A program made the translations under genes and the position numbers. A model generated the notes under the pieces. The model saw only the letters and a program-made list of their open reading frames with translations. It was not told the DNA's origin and did no database searches. Positions 57,334 to 64,000 of a DNA stretch of 64,000 bases are shown here, one piece after another. Each line of letters starts with the position of its first letter. Positions within the stretch are counted from its first letter, which is position 1. Source of the stretch: an uncultured Gammaproteobacteria bacterium. Lineage in GTDB: Bacteria > Pseudomonadota > Gammaproteobacteria > Steroidobacterales > Steroidobacteraceae. The stretch lies in assembly GCA_963849095.1 (NCBI GenBank), contig CAWKGA010000010.1:31412-95411 (forward strand). The letters run 5' to 3'.

Positions 57334-58425
57334 TTGAGGATACGAGCTGCAGTCTCGCGCACGGGGCAACCCCATCCGACGATCGAGGAGCTCGACCTCG
57401 AGGAGCCCCGAGCGGATGAGGTGAGGGTGCGTGTGGTGGCCACCGGTATCTGCCACACCGACCTGTACTGTCACGCCGGGCTCGGCATGCCGATACCGAC
57501 GCCGATCGTGCTCGGCCACGAAGGCGCGGGGATCGTCGAAGCCGTGGGGAGTGGTGTTCGCGAGCTGTCCATCGGCGACCACATCGTTCTGAGCGGCGCC
57601 TCCTGCGGCCGCTGCCCGAAGTGCCACGCCGGGCGGCCGACCTATTGCCGCGATGCCATGAAGCTCAGCTTCGGCGGGATGCGGGGCGACGGATCATCCC
57701 CGCTCAGCCAGCACGGCGAGCGGGTCCACGGCATGTTCTTCGCCCAATCCTCGTTTGCGACACAGGTGATCGCGCCGGAGAGATCCGCGGTGAAGGTCGC
57801 GAAGGATCTGCCGCTCCATCTGCTCGGACCGTTGGGCTGCGGAATCATCACGGGCGCAGGATCGGTCCTCGAGGCCTTCCGGCTGCGGCCGGGCGAGTCC
57901 ATCGTGGTCTTCGGCACGGGCAGCGTGGGACTTGCCGCAGTGATGGCGGCTCGGATTGCCGGCGCATCGCGCATCGTGGCCGTCGATATCTCGGCGGAGC
58001 GCCTGAAGCTCGCGCGCGAGCTGGGTGCCACCGAGGCCATCGCGTCGGACGCGACGACGGCCAACGCCTTGCGCGAGATCGCACCCGACGGATTCACGTT
58101 CAGCTTCAATACCACGAGCGCGGCCGAAGTCTACACGCTCGCCACCGAGTGCTTGGCGACGGAGGGGACCGCGGGATTCGTGACCCGTCCGAGAACCGCC
58201 TGGACGCCGAACATGGCGGCGCTGCTCGCCTCCGGCCGCAAGCTTCAGGGCATCCTGGGCGGCAGCGCCGCGCCGAAGCTATTCATCCCGCTGATGATCG
58301 ACTACTGGCGCCAGGGTCGCTTTCCCTTCGAGCGGTTGGTGCACGAGTTTCCGTTCGCGGAAATCGGCCAGGCGTGGGAAGCCTGCACGCAGGGCGCGGT
58401 CGTCAAGCCCGTCCTGCGGATGTGA
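57334..58425 (+). CDS. Zinc-dependent NAD(P) alcohol dehydrogenase (aryl-alcohol dehydrogenase-like)
   Basis: TTG 57334 after GGAG. Motifs GICHTDL, GHEGAGIVEAVG and GTGSVGLAAV. Confidence 0.85.
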   Translation: MRIRAAVSRTGQPHPTIEELDLEEPRADEVRVRVVATGICHTDLYCHAGLGMPIPTPIVLGHEGAGIVEAVGSGVRELSIGDHIVLSGASCGRCPKCHAGRPTYCRDAMKLSFGGMRGDGSSPLSQHGERVHGMFFAQSSFATQVIAPERSAVKVAKDLPLHLLGPLGCGIITGAGSVLEAFRLRPGESIVVFGTGSVGLAAVMAARIAGASRIVAVDISAERLKLARELGATEAIASDATTANALREIAPDGFTFSFNTTSAAEVYTLATECLATEGTAGFVTRPRTAWTPNMAALLASGRKLQGILGGSAAPKLFIPLMIDYWRQGRFPFERLVHEFPFAEIGQAWEACTQGAVVKPVLRM

Positions 58426-58446
58426 GGCGCCGGGCGACTGGTGCCA

Positions 58447-58944
58447 TCACGCCTTCGGCTCGCGCAGCACGGCAAGCGCTTGGCTCAACAGCGCGGCGTC
58501 GAGTTGATCCTTGGGACGTGCCCCCCGCTTGGTGAGCAGCAGGCCCTCGAGGTTGAGGAGCTTCAGCTCGACTCCGTCCAGATCGACCGATTCGATGTAC
58601 GGCTGCATCTGCTCCCAGGTCTGTCCGGCGATCGAAGGCATCACATCGATGGTGATTTCATCGTTCACGCGGACGGCGTACCGCTTGTCGCGCGCGAACA
58701 CATCCGGCTCGCCGAGCAGAGCCCGTGTGGCGTGATCCGGCAGCTCGCTCAGCGCGACGATCCAGCGCATCGAGTTCGCCGCCGAGGGATTGACGAGGAT
58801 GTCGATGTCCTCGGAGAAGCGGTTGAAGCCGTGTGTTGCGATCGCGTACCCGCCCACCAGCGCGTACTCGACATTTGCGTCCCGGAGCCGGCGAGCGAGG
58901 TCCTTGAGGTCCTCCCAAGTCGCCGGACGGGTGAACTCAGGCAC
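58447..58944 (-). CDS. Small Pol-beta-superfamily nucleotidyltransferase-fold protein (DUF6036/AbiEii-like)
   Basis: 165 aa. The NTase motif is YALVGGYAIATHGFNRFSEDIDILV. The GTG start overlaps the upstream small ORF by 8 nt. Confidence 0.55.
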   Translation of the reverse strand: MPEFTRPATWEDLKDLARRLRDANVEYALVGGYAIATHGFNRFSEDIDILVNPSAANSMRWIVALSELPDHATRALLGEPDVFARDKRYAVRVNDEITIDVMPSIAGQTWEQMQPYIESVDLDGVELKLLNLEGLLLTKRGARPKDQLDAALLSQALAVLREPKA

Positions 58945-59224
58945 TCGGGTCCGGCCCGGCGCGGTCGGTGCGCCGGGCCCGTATCAACTCCACCGTCCAC
59001 CGTTCGCGATCGCGGGCCATTTGCTCGTGATTCTCGTAGAAGAAAATCCCTTTCGGGATCCTCGTCCGATAGCGCGCATTCGAGTCCATCGCTGCGCGCG
59101 CAGCGGCGCTCGGCAGCTGTCCGGGCGGTGGAGCGACACGCTTTCCGACAACCCGCTGAATGGGTTGCTCGTCCGGCCGGTTGGGCCATCGGGCGCTTCC
59201 GAGATGCTTGGTTTCCTGCTCCAT
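58937..59224 (-). CDS. Small hypothetical protein, possible partner of the nucleotidyltransferase
   Basis: 95-aa ORF (or 50 aa from M at 59089) ending IPKGIFFYENHEQMARDRERW.... Overlaps the downstream NTase gene. No recognised domain. Confidence 0.35.
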   Translation of the reverse strand: MEQETKHLGSARWPNRPDEQPIQRVVGKRVAPPPGQLPSAAARAAMDSNARYRTRIPKGIFFYENHEQMARDRERWTVELIRARRTDRAGPDPSA

Positions 59225-59328
59225 ATTCTTGAGTATAGGCCGCCCACCTCACAGCGGCCCAGTAGTGCCCGGCTCGGGCGACCGCCAACTTCTATTTCGG
59301 TATAGATATATAGTATAAGCTAATGAAA

Positions 59329-59347
59329 TACAATGATAATTATTCTC
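59329..59347. promoter_or_regulatory. Fur-box-like operator
   Basis: TACAATGATAATTATTCTC matches GATAATGATAATCATTATC at 15/19. It sits in a 150-bp AT-rich gap between the small-ORF/NTase cassette (minus) and the GST gene (plus). Confidence 0.45.
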
Positions 59348-59468
59348 ATACACAAGCGGTGCCGCGTGCATTGCGGATAGCTCGTTCACCGCGCCCATGC
59401 GCGTAGGGACTGCCGCTCACGGTAGAGGTTAATTACTCTGCGTGTTAAGAAACGGAAAGGATTCGGCC

Positions 59469-60386
59469 ATGGGCATGTTGATCGACGGCAAGTGGGACGA
59501 GCGCGCAACCGACACGCTCGGCAAATCCGGCTCGTTCGATCGCACCGCATCGACCTTCCGCGACAAGATCACCGCTGATGGCCGCTCCGGCTTCGAGGCC
59601 GAGGCAGGCCGCTTTCATCTATTCCTCGCCTTCGGCTGTCCCTGGTGCCATCGCGTGATGATCTTCCTCAAGCTGAAGAAGCTGGAGGGGGTGATCTCGT
59701 CATCCTACGCGCATCACGCGCTGGGGCAGGGCGGATGGGCTTTCCCCACGCCCGATCCGCTATTTGGGGCGCGCTTCGTGTACGACGTTTACCGCCGGGC
59801 GGTGCCGAACTTCACCGGCCGCTGCACCGTGCCGATCCTCTGGGACAAGAAGACCGAGAAAATCCTCAACAACGAGTCCTCCGAAATCATCCGCATGCTG
59901 AATCGCGAGTTCGCCGCCTTCACCGACGACCGGACCGACTACTATCCGGTCGACCTCGCGCCACGGATCGACGAGGTCAACGAGCGCATTTACCGCGACA
60001 TCAACAATGGCGCCTATCGCTGCGGCTTCGCCGTTCATCAGGAGCCTTACGAGCAGGCGGTGCGCGGCATGTTCGAGACCTTCGACTGGATCGAGCAGAC
60101 GCTGTCGCGGCAGCCCTGTCTTCTCGGCGATCGCCAGACGGAGGCCGACTGGCGCCTGTTCCCGACCCTGGTGCGGTTCGACTGCGCCTACTACCCGCTG
60201 TTCAAGTGCAATCTGCGCCACGTCTACGAGTATCCGGCGATCTGGCGCTACACGAAAACGCTCTATGCGGTGCCAGGCATCGCCGAGACGGTCGATCTGC
60301 AGAAGTACAAGGAGAATTACTACGCCATCCGCAGCGTCAACCCGAGCGGGGTCGTGCCGCTCGGCCCGAGGATCGACTTCGCCTGA
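59469..60386 (+). CDS. Xi-class glutathione S-transferase / glutathionyl-hydroquinone reductase (YqjG/ECM4-like)
   Basis: ATG 59469 after GGAAAGGA. Active-site CPWCHR (LFLAFGCPWCHRVMIF), plus NNESSEIIRMLN and GVVPLGP motifs. Confidence 0.8.
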   Translation: MGMLIDGKWDERATDTLGKSGSFDRTASTFRDKITADGRSGFEAEAGRFHLFLAFGCPWCHRVMIFLKLKKLEGVISSSYAHHALGQGGWAFPTPDPLFGARFVYDVYRRAVPNFTGRCTVPILWDKKTEKILNNESSEIIRMLNREFAAFTDDRTDYYPVDLAPRIDEVNERIYRDINNGAYRCGFAVHQEPYEQAVRGMFETFDWIEQTLSRQPCLLGDRQTEADWRLFPTLVRFDCAYYPLFKCNLRHVYEYPAIWRYTKTLYAVPGIAETVDLQKYKENYYAIRSVNPSGVVPLGPRIDFA

Positions 60387-60456
60387 ATCGTGGAGATAGA
60401 CTGCGTAGCACGCGGGTGCCTCCGGGGGTGTGCCCGTCTATCAGCAGGACAGTCAA

Positions 60457-61446
60457 ATGAGCCGTAACGATGACCAACGAAACGCAAACCGTTTGCGAGC
60501 GCTGATCGCGCTCATCGCCGCCGCCGCCTTCGCGCCTGTCGCCGCCCAGGCGAGCTGCAGCGAGCAGTGCCTGGACGCGCTCGTCGACACCTATCTCCAC
60601 GCGCTGGTGGCCCACGACCCATCGCAGCTGCCGACGACGCCGGATGTTCGCTTCACGGAGAACACGATCGCGCTACCCCTGGGCCAGGGTCTGTGGACGA
60701 CGATCAGTGGGCTCAAGGCCTACAAGCACGTGATTCCGGACCCGGACGCCGGCCAGGTCGGGCTGTATGCGACGATCACGGAGAACGGGGTCGGCGCGCT
60801 CCTTGTCGCGCGGCTGAAGTTGCGGGACAGCAAGGTCTCGGAGCTGGAGACCCTCGTCGTGCGCCAGGGAGACATGGGCAGCTTCCTGAATACCGACGCG
60901 GCGACGGTGCGGCCCGGTTTTCTGGAAGTCGTCCCGCGAGCTGAGCGCGAGTCGCGCCAGGATCTGGTGCGCATCGCCAATCTCTACTTCGAGGGCCTGG
61001 AGCAGCGCACCGGCGAGATCGTCCCGTTCAGCGACCAATGCCGGCGCTTCGAGAATGGTGTGCAGACCGCGGGGAATGCCACATCGGGGATGCGGCCGAG
61101 GCCAATGACGCTGCCCAACGGCAAGACCTGGATGATGCCGACTGGCTGCAAGGCCTCCTTCGATACCAAGATGTTCAGCTACATCTCACGGATCGACCAC
61201 CGGCGCTTCGAGGTGGTGGATCGCTCGCGCGGCGTCGTGATGGCCTTTGTGATGTTCCAGCACGAAGGCAACGTGAAGTCGGCGGATGTCCCGGGTGTCG
61301 GGGAGGTGCCGATGCCGGCGGCGGCCTTGCGCCCCTTCTCCGTCGTGATCGCGGAAACCTTCGAGATCAAGAACGGCGAGATCCGCGAGATCGAGGCGGA
61401 TATGACGAAGCTGCCCTACGGCGCCGGAACGGGCTGGACCCCTTAA
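60457..61446 (+). CDS. Hypothetical exported protein
   Basis: Signal peptide MSRNDDQRNANRLRALIALIAAAAFAPVAAQA. 329 aa. No family recognised. Confidence 0.5.
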   Translation: MSRNDDQRNANRLRALIALIAAAAFAPVAAQASCSEQCLDALVDTYLHALVAHDPSQLPTTPDVRFTENTIALPLGQGLWTTISGLKAYKHVIPDPDAGQVGLYATITENGVGALLVARLKLRDSKVSELETLVVRQGDMGSFLNTDAATVRPGFLEVVPRAERESRQDLVRIANLYFEGLEQRTGEIVPFSDQCRRFENGVQTAGNATSGMRPRPMTLPNGKTWMMPTGCKASFDTKMFSYISRIDHRRFEVVDRSRGVVMAFVMFQHEGNVKSADVPGVGEVPMPAAALRPFSVVIAETFEIKNGEIREIEADMTKLPYGAGTGWTP

Positions 61447-61497
61447 GAGACAGGCGGAATCCCAGCTGGCAACGTCCGCGATCTCGCGGTGCGCGGC

Positions 61498-61764
61498 TTA
61501 GCGCAATTGGCTGTCTTTACTGCCCCGGCGGTTGTACCCGCTGAACTGCGCAGTGTCCCGGTCGGTAGCTTCCTGACAGGGAAGACAGAGTCGAACACCG
61601 GGTAGCGTCTGGCGCCGGGCTTCTGGAATGACCTCTCCGCATTTCATGCAGTGGGTCGGCCCGGGTCCGTGAGGCATCCGACTTTGAGCTCGCGCAATGC
61701 CGTCCTTGACCGTCGCGTCAATTTGGTCCTGAACCGCACCATCGCCCGCCCAACCTGTCGCCAT
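61498..61764 (-). CDS. DksA/TraR-family C4 zinc-finger protein
   Basis: CMKCGEVIPEARRQTLPGVRLCLPCQ four-Cys finger. 88 aa. Confidence 0.75.
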   Translation of the reverse strand: MATGWAGDGAVQDQIDATVKDGIARAQSRMPHGPGPTHCMKCGEVIPEARRQTLPGVRLCLPCQEATDRDTAQFSGYNRRGSKDSQLR

Positions 61765-61791
61765 GTCGCTCTCCTGCCGTCGCAGATACCG

Positions 61792-62661
61792 CTAACCGAT
61801 CGTCCGCCTGAGAAACTGCACCACGCGCTCGGCAGGTTCACCGGTGAAGAACGGCTCCGCGACATGACCCACGCCGTGCAGGATCAGCACTTCGGGGTGC
61901 AGGCCGGCCTGCTCATAGGCCCATTGCAGCTCGTAGAGCTGATTGAGCGGCATCTGGATATCCTGATCCCCGTGCAGCAGCAGGATGGGAGGATCGTCGT
62001 GATCGACATGAAAGATCGGACTCGCCTGCTTCGCGAGCTCGGGTACCTGGTCAGGTGGCGATCCGAGCAGGCGCTTCAATGCAGGCACTCGCACGCTGAG
62101 TCCGTGGGGCGTGGACTGGGCAAGGATGGTGGTCAGGTCGCTGGCGCCGAAGTAGCTCACGATGGCCTGGATGCTCGATGACTGGCCGAGGTAGTCGCCC
62201 TCGGTGCCCTCCAGAGCTCGTTCGCCGTTCGTCACCCCGACCAGCGCCGCGAGATGGCCACCGGAGGATGCGCCGGCGATAGCGATGCGTTCACTGCGAT
62301 ATCCATACTCGGTGGCCCTCGCACGCAGATAGCGAATGCCGGCCTTGATGTCATGGACATCGGCCGGGAAGGGCGCGTCGTTCGTCGAGCGAAAATCCAG
62401 GCTCGCGACGGCGAACCCGCGTGCGACCAGGAAGGCCGGGTATTCGGACTTGTTCCCCACCGCCCAAGCACCGCCGTGGACATACACGACGAGCGGAGGC
62501 CGCCGCGCGTCCTGCGGCATGTGCAGATCGAGCGCCAGCGGTTTCCCGGCGACCGTTGCATACACCAGATCGAGGACATCGCGCGACGTAGCGGCAGCTC
62601 CTGTGGCTGGCCAGGCAATCAGGCAGCACAGACTGTAAATCAGGGCGACTCGCCTGCCCAC
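61792..62661 (-). CDS. Alpha/beta hydrolase (esterase/lipase, HGG type), secreted
   Basis: VYVHGGAWAVGNK oxyanion motif, nucleophile elbow GASSGGHLA, and LLLHGDQD...H. Start is GTG 62661 or 62667. Confidence 0.8.
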   Translation of the reverse strand: MGRRVALIYSLCCLIAWPATGAAATSRDVLDLVYATVAGKPLALDLHMPQDARRPPLVVYVHGGAWAVGNKSEYPAFLVARGFAVASLDFRSTNDAPFPADVHDIKAGIRYLRARATEYGYRSERIAIAGASSGGHLAALVGVTNGERALEGTEGDYLGQSSSIQAIVSYFGASDLTTILAQSTPHGLSVRVPALKRLLGSPPDQVPELAKQASPIFHVDHDDPPILLLHGDQDIQMPLNQLYELQWAYEQAGLHPEVLILHGVGHVAEPFFTGEPAERVVQFLRRTIG

Positions 62662-62680
62662 GTGCACCTCAGGTAGCGCC

Positions 62681-63385
62681 TCAGCGCGCGACGGCCTTGC
62701 CGTACACCTCGACCTGCGCCACATCGGACCAGCCGCCGGGCCCGTGGCCGCTGCCCGGCATCAGGTCCGCAAAGCCGATCTCGTCGACCTTTGATAGGTC
62801 CACTTTGTCCAGGACATTCCCGATCGTCACGACCCGCTTGATGTCGAGCTTCAGCCAGTGCAAGTCTGCAAAGGAGATCTCACTGATCAGCCAATCGCGC
62901 GTGGTGCCCTCCGCGCGGTCACCGACGTACCAGCTGCCGTCCGCAAGCTTGATGATCGGACGCACCTGGTGAAAGCCCGATGTCTTCGTGTTCCACCGTA
63001 TCCGCGCGAGACCGGACAGGTCGGCGAACCGGTGCTTGTCCCGGAAGGCCACGGCACAGGGCGTCACGCAGAGGCCGTTCCAGACATGGATGGGGTTGCT
63101 CGCATTGCCGGAACTGCCGGTGACCAGGATCTGCCCGACCGGGACGTACAGCTTCAATTCCAGATCCGGCCCGGCGATCGAATCGGCGGTGACGGGATGC
63201 TCGCCCCCCTTCGCGGTCTGCTTCCACTGCGCCGAGAAAAACAGCGGCGGCCGAATATCTACGAGCGGCTCACCGGCCTGAGCTCCCGCGGCAGGGCCAC
63301 TCCTGGCCGGCGCCTGCGAATGCGCCGGTGTGACCGTCCCGACGATCAGCATCACCAAGATCGAACCAATGTATGGACGCAGCAT
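62681..63385 (-). CDS. Hypothetical exported protein
   Basis: ATG 63385 gives the signal peptide MLRPYIGSILVMLIVGTVTPAHSQA. No family recognised. First gene of a three-gene minus-strand unit. Confidence 0.5.
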   Translation of the reverse strand: MLRPYIGSILVMLIVGTVTPAHSQAPARSGPAAGAQAGEPLVDIRPPLFFSAQWKQTAKGGEHPVTADSIAGPDLELKLYVPVGQILVTGSSGNASNPIHVWNGLCVTPCAVAFRDKHRFADLSGLARIRWNTKTSGFHQVRPIIKLADGSWYVGDRAEGTTRDWLISEISFADLHWLKLDIKRVVTIGNVLDKVDLSKVDEIGFADLMPGSGHGPGGWSDVAQVEVYGKAVAR

Positions 63386-63558
63386 ACGTTCCCCCATGGC
63401 GAGCGGCACTTGTCGGAATTCTCCACGTAATCGGGCTCCAGCGAGCTCAGATGTCGCGATTACATGCGCAAATGCTTAATTCTCTCGTAATGATAGACGG
63501 AATAAAACCTGCCTAGGCAAATACTTGTTGTCGCGAATCCCCGTAGCGCGTTCGACCC

Positions 63559-63747
63559 TCAGGTGTGGTGAGCGGCTCGCGCCCGGATGCGCACCATGCC
63601 GCTCATTCCGGATTCCAGGTCCACGTGGAAGCCGCGCCTTTCGAGCTCGCGGCGAACGGAGTCGGGCGCGAGGCGCAACTTGCGATAAGCACCGACGCGC
63701 AGTTCCCACAGAGCTCCAGAGCGCTGGTGCAGCAAGTCATGGACCAA
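63559..63747 (-). pseudogene. Possible 3' remnant of a SAM-methyltransferase-like gene
   Basis: Only about 80 codons are open. The tail (...YRKLRLAPDSVRRELERRGFHVDLE...) resembles methyltransferase C-termini, and there is no room for an N-terminal domain before 63830. Confidence 0.2.
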
Positions 63748-63831
63748 GACGGAGCTGCCGTCATATTCCAGACCGGAACAGCGTGCTTCCGCGAGCTCTC
63801 GCGGCTCGACCGCTTGACACTTTCGTCATAT

Positions 63832-63854
63832 GTGTCACACTACACGTGTGACAC
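63832..63854. promoter_or_regulatory. Perfect inverted repeat, candidate GntR operator
   Basis: GTGTCACAC-TACAC-GTGTGACAC (9-bp arms). It overlaps the start region of the GntR-family gene and fits the GT-N-AC type of GntR operators. Confidence 0.4.
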
Positions 63855-64000
63855 TTCTCGGCTTCGCGCTCCGACCAGGACAATCCATCTTCGAGCAGGT
63901 GGTCTTCGCCGCGCAAAAAGCGTTCTTGAGCGGCGAATACCAACCGGGTCAGTCCTTTCCGTCCGTGCGCGCGTTGGCGGCCGAGTTGAAGATCCATCCC
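63848..64000 (+). CDS. GntR-family transcriptional regulator, N-terminal HTH (3' end outside window)
   Basis: Plus-strand reading ...GQSIFEQVVFAAQKAFLSGEYQPGQSFPSVRALAAELKIHP is the classic GntR wHTH start. Start is GTG 63848 or ATG 63830. The frame runs off the window. Confidence 0.6.
   Translation, partial: MTLLGFALRPGQSIFEQVVFAAQKAFLSGEYQPGQSFPSVRALAAELKIHP

Noticed and set aside
1-64000. CRISPR arrays, tRNA/rRNA genes, IS elements, integrases, prophage genes
   Set aside because: I saw no direct-repeat/spacer arrays, no T-arm (GGTTCGANTCC-type) signatures outside coding regions, and no transposase- or integrase-like translations in any frame.

Overview
Visibly GC-rich, proteobacterial-type chromosomal segment with about 60 genes. 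I found no rRNA, tRNA, CRISPR array, transposase or integrase. Left to right: (1) the end of a CzcA-type RND pump plus a NodT outer-membrane factor; (2) a PQQ quinohaemoprotein alcohol dehydrogenase, a ROK kinase and a GH15 glucoamylase, convergent with a complete pqqABCDE operon; (3) envelope genes (TPR protein, SnoaL-like, OpgC-like, MscS); (4) two TonB-dependent receptors, a PepSY protein, a FecBCD-type ABC importer and an ECF sigma factor; (5) an unusual block at 24.6-34.1 kb. One arm of that block is an orphan CcoP-like dihaem cytochrome c, a PpiC PPIase and a HupE/UreJ-like membrane protein. The divergent arm has three tandem SPFH (HflK/HflC-like) genes translationally coupled to a P1B ATPase that lacks an N-terminal metal-binding domain; (6) a metal-homeostasis stretch: NiCoT, an EamA transporter with a His-rich tail, a Fur-box-led TBDR-PiuC-Sel1-TroA/ZnuABC-type operon, a YncE-like propeller, an M1 peptidase, mntH/mgtC, and a DUF2946-like protein with a TBDR; (7) tam, E1alpha/E1beta plus a lipoyl-domain-only protein, a DUF4136 lipoprotein, an AraC gene, NUDIX, a Zn-ADH, a small nucleotidyltransferase cassette, a Xi-class GST, several uncharacterised exported proteins and the start of a GntR gene. 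A recurring feature is gene disruption: nine single-step frame changes in six genes plus one in-frame stop, concentrated in metal-related genes. This is either real gene decay or assembly indel error. All calls rest on reading the supplied translations and the DNA; no database search was run.
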